Part shown: one piece after another, positions 1 to 9,521 of the stretch
Position numbering within the stretch: the stretch's first letter is position 1
Layout of the letters: the number at the start of each line of letters is the position of its first letter
NCBI GenBank assembly: GCA_902802575.1
Contig: CADCMN010000001.1
Location: 18,410-82,409, forward strand
DNA: 64,000 bases
Source: an uncultured Eubacteriales bacterium
GTDB lineage: Bacteria; Bacillota; Clostridia; Christensenellales; CAG-138
Direction: 5' to 3'
Translations under genes and position numbers: made by a program
The notes under the pieces: model-generated
Seen by the model: only the letters and a program-made list of their open reading frames with translations
Told to the model about the DNA's origin: nothing
Database searches by the model: none

Positions 1-810
1 AGCGAGGATCATTACAGCGTGTTTACCGAAGGACCGGACGGGTTGTTGCGCAAGACCGATTATTTGGAAGAGTATCATCTCGAAGCCGACGGAGAGGATG
101 ATGAGGCTGTTGATTCCTACACCGGTACGGAAGGGGAGATTGATTCTGCAACCTATGCGCAGCGGCTTTCCGTGCTGAAAGCGCAGTGCGGCGATCTGGT
201 TGCTTACTGCGGGACGCCTGCCGCCGATCAGATCACAAACAGCCGGGCCATGACCTTGGGGACGGCGACAGCGTGGCTGGACATGCATATCGGTTTTCTT
301 GCGGATCATGATCTCATCCTGCAGCGGATGCCGACAAAATTCTGGTTCGCTTCCGGCGTCGGGGCGTGGGCGACGGAACTGACGATTCAGCCGAACGGCA
401 GAGTGATCGGATACTATCACGATGCGGATGCGGGCAGCGCTGGGAACGGATATGATGGAACGCTGTATTACAGCAACTTTGTCTGTTGGATCGTCGGATT
501 GAAGAAGATCAATTCCTATACCTACGAGTTTCGCTTTGCGGACGTCTCCTATGTTGGCGGACGTCCCGGAGATGAAGAGATCCGAAAAGAAGGCCGCGAG
601 CGGACGCTGTACGTTTTCACGGAGTGCTATGGCGTTGTTGAAGGATGGCCATTTGAACTGTACACCGACGCCGCGCCGATCGCCAAGCTGCCGGAAGGAT
701 ATGTGGAAAACTGCGAAGGTTGGGCACCTGATCTCGACAAAAACACAACATTGCCATTTTACGGTATGTATAGCGAAGAAGCGAACATTTGGTATTTTTC
801 TGAAAAATAA
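1..810 (+). CDS. hypothetical protein, probably 5'-truncated by window edge
   Basis: ORF track 19..810 (263 aa). The same frame has no stop back to nt 1, so GTG at 19 may be internal. No family motif recognised. Confidence 0.45.
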   Translation, partial: SEDHYSVFTEGPDGLLRKTDYLEEYHLEADGEDDEAVDSYTGTEGEIDSATYAQRLSVLKAQCGDLVAYCGTPAADQITNSRAMTLGTATAWLDMHIGFLADHDLILQRMPTKFWFASGVGAWATELTIQPNGRVIGYYHDADAGSAGNGYDGTLYYSNFVCWIVGLKKINSYTYEFRFADVSYVGGRPGDEEIRKEGRERTLYVFTECYGVVEGWPFELYTDAAPIAKLPEGYVENCEGWAPDLDKNTTLPFYGMYSEEANIWYFSEK

Positions 811-939
811 TACAAGAAACATCAAACCTGAAAGAGGGATCCTGCGTCTATATGCTGTAAACGAAAACAGCCAGAACAGAAAAGCATTTTGAGAAAGCTG
901 AATGGGACAAGATGAACAGCAGTAAAGGAGTCAAAGACA

Positions 940-2007
940 ATGTTTTGCGGTAATTGCGGAAAGATGATACGGGACGAAGCCACCTTCTGCCCGTTCTGTG
1001 GAAAACCGGTGAAAGCGAGAAACGCTTCCGCACGGGTCTCGCCGCCCATGCCATCCACCGAACCGGTCGATAAGGATGGGATTCGTAAGCCTGTTGCGAA
1101 GCAGCCGGCAGCTTTTACGCCCCAAGAGAAGGGGGATCGGGCGAATCGTGTTGTTGCGCCGGATATGGATCAAAAGGCTCCTGCCGTCGGCGGCCAGGAG
1201 CGGCGCCCCCGGCCAACCCGTCCGGCGGAGAGCGCGCGCGAGGCAGGCCGAAGGAATGAGCAAGCCGCTGCAGCCGGAAAAAGCGGAAGGGATGCCGCCC
1301 GGCAAGGGGCGGCCGGAAACAGCAAACGCAGGAAGACAGCCGGCAAGAGGGAGGATAGATCGTTCTTCCTTCTGTCCCTCTTTTCCAAATTGGCTCTGCT
1401 CCTGATCCCGCTCGCCGCCTACGTGCCCTATTGCCAGATCGCCTATTCCGCGGAACGGACGGCCGATATGCCCCTGTGGAAGCTGATCCTGGGCGGAACG
1501 TACACCATGGGCGCTTCCAATCCTCTGGCTTTTACCCTGAAAGCTCATCCCATTCTGATTGCCCTGCTGGCGCTTCCCCTGCTGGCGGTGCTGATCTCCT
1601 GCTTCAGAAGGACCAGGGCAAAGCTGCCCATCGCTTCCCTGATGCTGCAGGCCGACGGGGCGGCGGTGTTGATACTGAACATTCGGACGCTGCGGACCAT
1701 TCAGAGCGCGGTGGAGGGACTGTCCCTGGACACCTTTGAAAAACAGGTTGTCAGCATGAATGGGATCATTGTCAAATGGGTCCAGAACGCCATCGCCCAA
1801 AATAAGGCCATGGCGGATACCTTCTATGTGACGACGAAACTTGGCTTCTGGCTGCTGCTCATACTTGGCGGCCTCATGGCGCTGCTGGGCGTGATTGGCA
1901 TGATCCTGTGGATCGTGTATCTCTTGCGGAAGACGGAAGACGCGGAGGCGGATGACGACGAGGCCGAAGAGGACGATGTGCCGGAACTGGCGGAGGATGA
2001 ACTATGA
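940..2007 (+). CDS. zinc-ribbon domain membrane protein
   Basis: 355 aa. N-terminal CGNCG..CPFCG ribbon, Arg/Ala/Pro-rich low-complexity linker, about 4 hydrophobic TM segments, acidic D/E tail. Stop overlaps next start (ATGA at 2004-2007). Confidence 0.7.
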   Translation: MFCGNCGKMIRDEATFCPFCGKPVKARNASARVSPPMPSTEPVDKDGIRKPVAKQPAAFTPQEKGDRANRVVAPDMDQKAPAVGGQERRPRPTRPAESAREAGRRNEQAAAAGKSGRDAARQGAAGNSKRRKTAGKREDRSFFLLSLFSKLALLLIPLAAYVPYCQIAYSAERTADMPLWKLILGGTYTMGASNPLAFTLKAHPILIALLALPLLAVLISCFRRTRAKLPIASLMLQADGAAVLILNIRTLRTIQSAVEGLSLDTFEKQVVSMNGIIVKWVQNAIAQNKAMADTFYVTTKLGFWLLLILGGLMALLGVIGMILWIVYLLRKTEDAEADDDEAEEDDVPELAEDEL

Positions 2008-3866
2008 TCTGCAAAAATTGCCAAACCGAGTTTGATACCAGCATGATCCAGCCGGGCGAGAACGTGCGCTGCCCCGGCTGCGGCAAGCTGTACACCAGAA
2101 AGGCGGCACCTGCGCCGCAAAAGGCCCAGCCGGTCAAAAAGAGCGTGCCCAAGGCCCCCGCATATCCCGTGAAGCGCCGCAAGAAAAGGACCTTCGGCGG
2201 GCTGCTGGTGCTGCTGATCTGCTTCATCCTGCTGTCCTTGACGGCGTTGGGCGTCATCGGCCTGCATCATTTCGCCCCGGAAACCTTTCACAAGGTGACC
2301 TTCGGCCTGTTCGCGGAAAAGACTGCCGAGCAAGCGGAGGAACCGTATGTCCTGGTATCGTTGACGTCAAAGCAATACGATACAGATGGCACCGAACGCA
2401 GCTCGGCAACTTCGCATATATCGTACTACCCGAACGGACTTGTACGCGGCGGATATGCAGACGGTGAAGCGTATCGTATTGAATATGAATACGATGATGC
2501 CGATTATCCGTGCAAAATGCGATATGGCATGGATGGTGCGGATGAGCGTTGGGATGAGGTGACCATCCAAACGGAGCATCAGAAAAACGGGATCGTACAA
2601 GTCACATTCGAAGGGATGAACGGCGACGTTTCTCAGTCTTTCTTGAACCTGCTTGCGGCATCCCCCTTATATCGAAACGCCGATCTGACGGACGGCAATA
2701 CTCTTGTGCAGATCCGGGACGGAGAGGCAGTTTTGAGCCGTAATGTCTATGATACCTTTATCGTTTCAAACGAAACGAAAGCCCATGACGACGGCAGCAA
2801 AACGGTGCGGAATACCACCGCTTACAACAATGGCGAAGAGACCGTGACCGTATCGGAGTATGACGCCGGGGGACGCCTGCTGAGAATGAGCTGGCAGCAA
2901 GGCGAGGAATCGGGCGCGCTCGAGCTGCAATACTTCCGCGAAGAGAAGGAAAATGGCGAAGGATATGTAGAACACGGGATGATCGTCCGCTGTAAAGGCG
3001 CCGCTTCTGTACTGACCGGGACTGAAACGGTGCTTGGCGGCATCCTGCTCCGATATACCTATACTGATAAAGGAGAGATGACTGCAGAGGAACGGTTCGA
3101 TCTGATCCATTCGGAGCCGTCCCAACAGACGTTCTTTGAGAAAGGCAGAGTGATTCGTGTCGTCAGTGCATCCTATGTATCTGACGGTCGGATCGGTTTC
3201 CAATCAATTACGGAATACGCGCCGCTTTCCCAGGCGCTGAAGCAAAGCACGGACGAATGGCCGTCATATCAAAAAGCAGACCCCGTCCCTGCCCTAACAG
3301 AAGACCCTGCTCCTGCTCTTCCCGCCGCGGAGAAGCAGGAGACCGGTGCTTCGGCGGAACCGGGGACCGTTCCCTCAACCGCAGATGTTACACCCACCCC
3401 CACCGCTACGCCCACCGCCACGCCCACAGCGACGCCCACGCCCACGCCGACGCCCACAACCACGCCCACGGCGGAAGCGCCCAAGAAGGCCACGATCCTT
3501 CATTGCAACAGAGCGGCCAACGTGCGGGAGGAGCCAAATTCCGGCAGCACGAAGCTGGGAACGATTGCCTGGGGCAAATCCGTGACGGTGCTGGGCCAGG
3601 TGGGCGAGTGGACCATGATCGAGTATAAGGGCGGCGTGGCCTACGTGTTCAGCGAGTACGTGGCCATCCATCATATGGGCACCGTAGTCAAGGTGAACAA
3701 CCGGGTCACCGTGCGGGTGGCGCCGGACGAGAACAGCGAGCGGCTGGGCGCCATCAACAAGGGCAACGCTGTGGAGGTCATCGAGATCGACGGCGACTGG
3801 GCCATGATCGTCTACAAGAACGGCATCGCCTATATCCACAGCAAATTCGTCGAACTGGACGACTGA
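2004..3866 (+). CDS. zinc-ribbon single-pass membrane protein with YD-like repeats and tandem SH3b domains
   Basis: 620 aa. CKNC..CPGCG ribbon, one TM (LLVLLICFILLSLTALGVIGL), YEYD / YDAGGRLL-type motifs, Thr/Pro linker, two C-terminal SH3b-like repeats (GEWTMIEYKGGVAYVFSEYV, GDWAMIVYKNGIAYIHSKFV). Confidence 0.7.
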   Translation: MICKNCQTEFDTSMIQPGENVRCPGCGKLYTRKAAPAPQKAQPVKKSVPKAPAYPVKRRKKRTFGGLLVLLICFILLSLTALGVIGLHHFAPETFHKVTFGLFAEKTAEQAEEPYVLVSLTSKQYDTDGTERSSATSHISYYPNGLVRGGYADGEAYRIEYEYDDADYPCKMRYGMDGADERWDEVTIQTEHQKNGIVQVTFEGMNGDVSQSFLNLLAASPLYRNADLTDGNTLVQIRDGEAVLSRNVYDTFIVSNETKAHDDGSKTVRNTTAYNNGEETVTVSEYDAGGRLLRMSWQQGEESGALELQYFREEKENGEGYVEHGMIVRCKGAASVLTGTETVLGGILLRYTYTDKGEMTAEERFDLIHSEPSQQTFFEKGRVIRVVSASYVSDGRIGFQSITEYAPLSQALKQSTDEWPSYQKADPVPALTEDPAPALPAAEKQETGASAEPGTVPSTADVTPTPTATPTATPTATPTPTPTPTTTPTAEAPKKATILHCNRAANVREEPNSGSTKLGTIAWGKSVTVLGQVGEWTMIEYKGGVAYVFSEYVAIHHMGTVVKVNNRVTVRVAPDENSERLGAINKGNAVEVIEIDGDWAMIVYKNGIAYIHSKFVELDD

Positions 3867-3903
3867 TCGGGACTATAGTTCGTAATAAGGGGAGAGACAT
3901 CGT

Positions 3904-6900
3904 ATGAAAAAGAGAGTGATCGCGGCAGTTTTTGCCTTGCTCATTTGTATCATGGCATTATCCATAAACGCTTCGGACTCGTATGCCGATACGAATGGAC
4001 ATACGCGAGCAGAAGCCGTTGCATGGGCAAAAGGAATGGAAAACACAGCCCAAAAATACTATACCCAACCGACGACGTTGGAATGTATGGATTTAGCCGG
4101 TCATTACTATGCATATCTTGGTCACCCCGTCTATAACCTTGGTTGCCCAAATTATATTATTGCAAATACCAATAACAGAGCCGGCGAGAGGGCGTCAACC
4201 GATTTGGGATGGGCTATGTACGGCAGCGATACGGATCCCATGCCCGGAGACCTGGTTCTGTGGCAAAATATAAATTATGGTCATATTGGAATTGTGCTTG
4301 AAGTCTATTCAGATTCATTCCAATATATCGATTATAACGGAAACGGTGCGCACTGTGGCGGCGTGATCCGTTCCATAGAAGGGAAGCGTAGTTTTGACAG
4401 AATAATCCGGCCTGATTTTCCAGACAAATTGACCCTGGACGTCAACGGCTGGCTGGACGGGAAAGACGTGACCAACGTCTATGGCTACGGCACGTTCGAT
4501 ATGTACCTGGGCGGAACCCGGGTGAAGCAAAGCGAAGGCGATTATTGGAATCAGGAAGTCAAGACGGGCACATCCTACACGATAAAGAATGTCAAAGCCG
4601 CCGACGGCAAGGTGTTCGCCGGGTTCAAATCCGGCAAGTACAAGGGGACGGTGTCGCAGAACACCACCGTCGTCATGGAGTTTCGCACCCTCAACAGCAA
4701 GGAATGGGTCAAAAAGCATTCCCCGGCGCAGACAAAGTCCTTTGGCGGTCATACCTACAAGTATTATGCCGACAAGGTGACCTGGATCGAGGCGTTCAAT
4801 TATTGCCAAAGACTGGGCGGCCATCTGGTGGTGATCGATTCAAAGGAAGAGAATGCTTTCGTCAGCGGCCTGATCAAGGAAACCGTCTGGCTGGGCGCGG
4901 TGGATTCCCTGAAGGAGGGCACTTTCATTTGGCTCGACGGTAAAAACATGTCTTACAGCAATTGGGCGACCAACCAGCCGGACAACGACAAGAGCAATGC
5001 CGAGGGCGGGGAGGACTTCGTGTCCATGTATGGACCGGAAACCAGCCAGAGCGGCAAATGGAACGATGTGTACAGCTACGCCCAGTACGGTTTCGTCTGT
5101 GAGATCGACAAAGATGACAATCGCTATACTCTGGACGTGAACGGCTGGCTGGACGGGAAGGAACTGGACAACATCCAGGGCATCGGTACCTTCGATTCCT
5201 ATATCGACAACAAGAAGACTGAAAACGACATCTACGATTATTACAACACCATCCTGCCCAGCGGCACCAAGTATGAGTTCAAGGACATCAAGGCCGCCGA
5301 AGGATATGAGTATGTGGGCGTAAAAAGCGGCTCCCTTTCCGGCACCATGAACGGGAACGTCAAGATCGTGCTGGAGTTCCGCAAAAAGGCGGAACCGTCC
5401 TTCACCTTCCAGGTGGATACAAACAAGTTCGAGGTGGGGGAGACCTATGCCCAGATCGGGTATTTCAAGGTCTATTCCAATATAGATGTGAACCAGATAA
5501 AGCTGGTGGGTTGTGCGCTTTACGCCGCAGACGGCACATATTTGGCTGGCGATGAGGAAAGCGCCTATGCGCAGGGTGACCATCTGACCCATTATTTCCA
5601 CATCAGCGGCGATTCCGGGGAGCAGGATATCCGCTATGCCCTTTCGCCCAACACGAAGTATTACGTGCGCATGTACGTGATCTGCGAGGGAAAGAAGTAT
5701 TACAGCGACAAACAGGCGTTTACCACGAAGGGGTCGGCCGAACCGGCGCCGCCGCAGGTAGTGTATCACACGGTGACCTTCGATGCCGGTGGCTACGGCG
5801 TGTCCTCCGAGACCTCCCGACGGGTGGAGCACGGCAAACCCATCGGTGAGCTGCCGAAGGTGACGAAGACCGTGGATACCCATGAGCCGTTCTTTTTTCG
5901 CTGGGATACGCCGGCTGAGACCATCGTCACCTCGGATATTACCGTGACCGCCATTTGGAAGTGGGGGACGCCGCCTCCGATAACGCCGACGCCTACGCCG
6001 CGGACAGTGACGCCCACGCCCACCAAGAAAACCACGGTCACACCCACGCCCACCAAGAAACCTACGATCACACCGACGCCCCGGCCGGTGACGCCTGGGC
6101 CGACAACGTCCCAAAGCGCATATGTGACGATCAGCGGCTTGAAGAACAAGCTGAGCGTTTGGAAGGAGGCAAATAATCAGGGAGGGCGCCTTGGATACGC
6201 GTATAACGGCGACGTGTTTGAGCTGCTGGCGCTCAAGGGGGATTGGTACATGATCCGCTACAACGGCAAAATAGCGTATGTCACCGGCGAGCATGTGTTC
6301 GCGACCAATACCGATCTGGTGCCTCATTATAAGTCAGACCCTACCCCGACGCCCCGCGCATATGTGACGATCAACGGGCTGAAGAACAAGCTGAGCGTTT
6401 GGAAGGAAGCGAACAATGAATCAGGCCGACTGGGATACGCCTATAACGGCGATGAGTTCGATCTGCTGTCGGTCATAGGGGAATGGTATGAGATCCGATA
6501 TAACGGTATGACCGGATATGTGACCGGCGATCATGTGTATGCGACGAATGAAGCTCTCGTTCCGCATACGGACAAGAACTGGTGGACGTATACCCCGAAA
6601 CCGACGCCGAAACCCACGCCCAAGCCCACGCCGACCAGAGAAGTCTATGTCACGGAGCCTCCTGCTTTCGTCACAGAGCCGCCACCCGAGGTGTATATCA
6701 CTCAGCCGCCTGTCACGGAGGGCCCTGCCCAAAGCGTCATCACGGAACCGCCACAGCAGACGCCGTCCCCGGAATCTGATGTTCTCTTGCCCACGCTTTC
6801 TGCGGCGAATATGCCGACCGAGTCCGCCGACACTGGCGGGGCTGAGACGGAGCCGTCCCCGAAAGCGAGGAAGGACGCGGAGGCGACCGTCACGAAGCGG

Positions 6901-7074
6901 CCTAAGTCGGGAAGGACCGCCTCCACGGAGGAGGATGACGATCCGAAATCCGATGTCCGGCTGGGCATCGCCCTTATCGGCATCGGAGGCATGCTGGTGG
7001 CCAGCCTGGGCGGCGTCGCCGCCATCCTCATCCACCGCCGGCGGATCAATTCCAAAAAGTACAGGAACAGGTAA
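3904..7074 (+). CDS. secreted multidomain wall protein: CHAP amidase + C-type-lectin-like domain + Listeria-Bacteroides repeat + 2x SH3b + C-terminal membrane anchor
   Basis: 1056 aa with signal peptide. CHAP-type Cys/His context (LECMDLAGHYY; PGDLVLWQNINYGHIGIVLEV). CTLD motifs WIEAFNYCQRLGGHLVVIDSKEENAFV, WLGAVD, FIWLDG, QPDN, WNDV, FVCEI. Two flanking DVNGWLDGK domains. TVTFDAGG..FRWDT repeat. Two SH3b repeats between PT linkers. C-terminal TM followed by HRRR. Confidence 0.8.
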   Translation: MKKRVIAAVFALLICIMALSINASDSYADTNGHTRAEAVAWAKGMENTAQKYYTQPTTLECMDLAGHYYAYLGHPVYNLGCPNYIIANTNNRAGERASTDLGWAMYGSDTDPMPGDLVLWQNINYGHIGIVLEVYSDSFQYIDYNGNGAHCGGVIRSIEGKRSFDRIIRPDFPDKLTLDVNGWLDGKDVTNVYGYGTFDMYLGGTRVKQSEGDYWNQEVKTGTSYTIKNVKAADGKVFAGFKSGKYKGTVSQNTTVVMEFRTLNSKEWVKKHSPAQTKSFGGHTYKYYADKVTWIEAFNYCQRLGGHLVVIDSKEENAFVSGLIKETVWLGAVDSLKEGTFIWLDGKNMSYSNWATNQPDNDKSNAEGGEDFVSMYGPETSQSGKWNDVYSYAQYGFVCEIDKDDNRYTLDVNGWLDGKELDNIQGIGTFDSYIDNKKTENDIYDYYNTILPSGTKYEFKDIKAAEGYEYVGVKSGSLSGTMNGNVKIVLEFRKKAEPSFTFQVDTNKFEVGETYAQIGYFKVYSNIDVNQIKLVGCALYAADGTYLAGDEESAYAQGDHLTHYFHISGDSGEQDIRYALSPNTKYYVRMYVICEGKKYYSDKQAFTTKGSAEPAPPQVVYHTVTFDAGGYGVSSETSRRVEHGKPIGELPKVTKTVDTHEPFFFRWDTPAETIVTSDITVTAIWKWGTPPPITPTPTPRTVTPTPTKKTTVTPTPTKKPTITPTPRPVTPGPTTSQSAYVTISGLKNKLSVWKEANNQGGRLGYAYNGDVFELLALKGDWYMIRYNGKIAYVTGEHVFATNTDLVPHYKSDPTPTPRAYVTINGLKNKLSVWKEANNESGRLGYAYNGDEFDLLSVIGEWYEIRYNGMTGYVTGDHVYATNEALVPHTDKNWWTYTPKPTPKPTPKPTPTREVYVTEPPAFVTEPPPEVYITQPPVTEGPAQSVITEPPQQTPSPESDVLLPTLSAANMPTESADTGGAETEPSPKARKDAEATVTKRPKSGRTASTEEDDDPKSDVRLGIALIGIGGMLVASLGGVAAILIHRRRINSKKYRNR

Positions 7075-7127
7075 GACGATACCGGTTTGAACCAAATAAC
7101 TCGGCTTTTCGTATAGGAGGACAAAAA

Positions 7128-7778
7128 ATGTTTGAAGATTCTGGAAGTAAAATCAAGTCGGTGGCCAAGGTGCTCTTTGTGTTGCTGCTGATCTGCCTGT
7201 TCGTCTGCGGCGTGGTCTCCTGTCGATCCTTCAGCGCCATGAGCGGCAAAAAAATCCCAGGAATGGGATTTCTGTCCTTTCTGCTTATCGTCGGCGTTGG
7301 TTCCCTTTCCGCATGGATCAGCTGCCTTATCATCCATGCTTTAGGGGAGATGGTGGAGAACACATCGAAAGCCGTGGAAAAGCAGGAGAAAATCGACAAA
7401 AAGCTGGACATGCTCCTGAAGGATCGGGCTGCCGCCGCGTCCAACCAGCAGTCGCCCCTTGCGGATGAATTTGTTTTTTGTCCCAAGTGTCATACCGCAA
7501 ATCCCAGGCAGTACCACTATTGCAAGGTTTGTAAAACCCCGCTGCCGGAAGGAAATACGGTGCTCTGTCCGTATTGCGGTCAAGTGAATCCCAAATCCAA
7601 CAAAACATGCGCAAAATGCGGGAAATATCTGCCCCTCATCCTGTCCTCCCAGGTCGATGCGCCTGTGGAACCGGCTCCCCCGACGCCCGTGGTCCGCAAC
7701 AAGGTCTGCCCCAAGTGCAAAAAGGACAACCCCGCCGATTACCTCTATTGCCAGTATTGTGGCGAACGGTTGAGCTAA
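7128..7778 (+). CDS. membrane protein with C-terminal multiple zinc ribbons
   Basis: 216 aa. Two N-terminal hydrophobic helices, then CPKC..CKVC, CPYC..CAKC and CPKC..CQYC ribbons. Confidence 0.7.
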   Translation: MFEDSGSKIKSVAKVLFVLLLICLFVCGVVSCRSFSAMSGKKIPGMGFLSFLLIVGVGSLSAWISCLIIHALGEMVENTSKAVEKQEKIDKKLDMLLKDRAAAASNQQSPLADEFVFCPKCHTANPRQYHYCKVCKTPLPEGNTVLCPYCGQVNPKSNKTCAKCGKYLPLILSSQVDAPVEPAPPTPVVRNKVCPKCKKDNPADYLYCQYCGERLS

Positions 7779-7806
7779 AGCAAACCGTCCGACGCATCAG
7801 AAAGGA

Positions 7807-9447
7807 ATGCAAGTTATGAAACGGATCCTGGTTTTCACCTTGGCCCTGCTGATGATCTTGGGAGGCTGCAGGACGGCGAACAAGCGCGAGAAGAAAGAGG
7901 ACGTCTTCGACCATCTGGCGGAAACAGATGAGCGGGGAAAGGAGACCCATGTGCCCGCTTCGCCGGAGCCGACCCCGGAGCCCACACCGGAGGCTACAGA
8001 GGAACCCATGGCGGAAGTGACGGCAGAGCCTACGGCGGAACCGACGCTCGAGCCCACTCAGGAACCGACGCCGGAACCTACCCAAGAGCCGACACCCGAG
8101 CCTGCGGCGGAGCCCTCGTCTCAGGCGCCCGTCGTTGAGAACGGTGTGCTGATAGCCAACGAGATCGAGCCCATGGAGACCCATGTGCCTGAGGCGACGA
8201 TCCTCAGCTGGTCCGGCAGCTTTAAGAAGGAAGAACAGATCGACAGTTATACCTTCACCACGGAGCGAGCCGGGGTGTACTGCTTCTTCTTTACGGACAT
8301 CCTGGATGGGCAGGAATACGCCATCCGGCTCACCAATGCCGCGGGGAACGCCGTGTTCAACGGAAACTATAACTATACGTATGGACTGGATGAATCCGCC
8401 GATCTTACGCTGAAGAAGGGCCAGACCTATACGCTGTCCGTGCGTCAGAAGGGCGACTATTACGGCGAGTATACCATCAACGTGGGCGTCCAGAAGGAAT
8501 ATCTGGAAGTGGGCGACTATACGGCCATCTACGACAGCTTTGAATTCGTTCATCAGCAGAACGGCTACACATTTGTCCCGAAGGTCAGCGGCACATACTG
8601 TTTCGGGGTGTCGGGGCTCCCGGAAGGATATTCCTGCGGCATCCAGGTGGTCAACGCCGCCGGAAAAGCCATCACCAACAGCAATTGGAATTACTCATAT
8701 TCGGACAAACAGGGGCATGCGGTCACCTTGTCCGCAGGCCAGACCTATGTGGTGAAGTACCGGGAGAGCGGGTATCGCGGTCCCTATTGCGTGGAAGTGG
8801 GCCTGTATAAGCAGGTGGGGGACGTGAGCAACGTCTTTGGGGTGGATGACAGCATCCAGTTTTTGAACCAGCGGAACCTGTACACCTTCGTCCCGGAGCA
8901 GACCGCCTCGTACCAGTTCGGCTTCTCAGGCATACCCGAGGGCTATTCCTATATGATCCAGGTCGTGAATCCGGTGGGTCAGGCCATCACCAACGGAAAC
9001 TGGAATTATTACTACGGCAACCACGAAAGCCAGTGGGTCAACCTGACGGCCGGACAAACCTATACCATCGTCGTGCGGCCCAGGAACGCGCTGTATGGGA
9101 AATACCGCCTCGACATCAGCGCCTTTTGTGCGCCGGTGGATGTGAAGCTGGACGAGCCCGTACAGGATTCGATCCAGTACCGCCTGCAGAGGAATATGTA
9201 CACCTTTACCCCGGGATCGGACGGCAAATACAGCATCGAACTTAGCGGCATGCCCCCCGAATACAGCTACTACATCCAGGTGTGGAACGGCATCGGGCAG
9301 ATCATCAGCAACGGGAATTGGAATTATACGTACAAAAACGGCAGTTCGCAGACCTTGGATCTGCAGGCCGGCCAGACCTACACCATCATCGTGAAGCAGA
9401 ACGGCAACTTCCTAAGCGACTACACCATCCGCATCCGCCGGAAATAG
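7807..9447 (+). CDS. lipoprotein with four tandem ~105-aa beta-sandwich (pre-peptidase C-terminal-like) repeats
   Basis: 546 aa. Lipobox-like LLMILGGC, Glu/Pro/Thr linker, four repeats each ending in (A/K)GQTYT..V......Y. Alternative start ATG at 7816 has the better RBS. Confidence 0.75.
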   Translation: MQVMKRILVFTLALLMILGGCRTANKREKKEDVFDHLAETDERGKETHVPASPEPTPEPTPEATEEPMAEVTAEPTAEPTLEPTQEPTPEPTQEPTPEPAAEPSSQAPVVENGVLIANEIEPMETHVPEATILSWSGSFKKEEQIDSYTFTTERAGVYCFFFTDILDGQEYAIRLTNAAGNAVFNGNYNYTYGLDESADLTLKKGQTYTLSVRQKGDYYGEYTINVGVQKEYLEVGDYTAIYDSFEFVHQQNGYTFVPKVSGTYCFGVSGLPEGYSCGIQVVNAAGKAITNSNWNYSYSDKQGHAVTLSAGQTYVVKYRESGYRGPYCVEVGLYKQVGDVSNVFGVDDSIQFLNQRNLYTFVPEQTASYQFGFSGIPEGYSYMIQVVNPVGQAITNGNWNYYYGNHESQWVNLTAGQTYTIVVRPRNALYGKYRLDISAFCAPVDVKLDEPVQDSIQYRLQRNMYTFTPGSDGKYSIELSGMPPEYSYYIQVWNGIGQIISNGNWNYTYKNGSSQTLDLQAGQTYTIIVKQNGNFLSDYTIRIRRK

Positions 9448-9474
9448 ATCAATCCACCGGAAACAGATCAAAAC

Positions 9475-9507
9475 AATGAGCCGAAACGCCATCCGTTTCG
9501 GCTCATT
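9475..9507. terminator. bidirectional intrinsic terminator between convergent genes
   Basis: Perfect hairpin aatgagccgaaacg / cgtttcggctcatt with a 6-nt loop, followed by ggctttt. Confidence 0.7.
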
Positions 9508-9521
9508 GGCTTTTGGTTGCA

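Noticed and set aside
3383-3475. Short tandem acgccc/accccc-type repeats (also 5985-6100, 6590-6640, 7970-8100, 12540-12720) considered as a CRISPR array or phase-variable tracts
   Set aside because: They are in-frame Pro/Thr/Glu linker codons inside long ORFs. They lack spacer/repeat regularity and are too imperfect for simple slipped-strand switching.
4840-6327. Long antisense ORFs opposite real genes (also 21950..23005, 31542..33047, 35512..36882, 40343..41677, 41544..43121, 43509..44663, 56134..57363, 58364..59857, 61438..62586)
   Set aside because: Their translations are low-complexity Arg/Gly/Pro/His/Asp-rich strings with no motifs. Each lies opposite a gene with clear family signatures. 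Stop-poor antisense frames are expected in GC-rich coding DNA.
3904-7074. Diversity-generating retroelement targeting the C-type lectin domain
   Set aside because: There is no reverse transcriptase or template repeat in the window. The internal nucleotide repeats (6118-6330 vs 6358-6570, the SH3b duplication) differ at all base types, not specifically at adenines.
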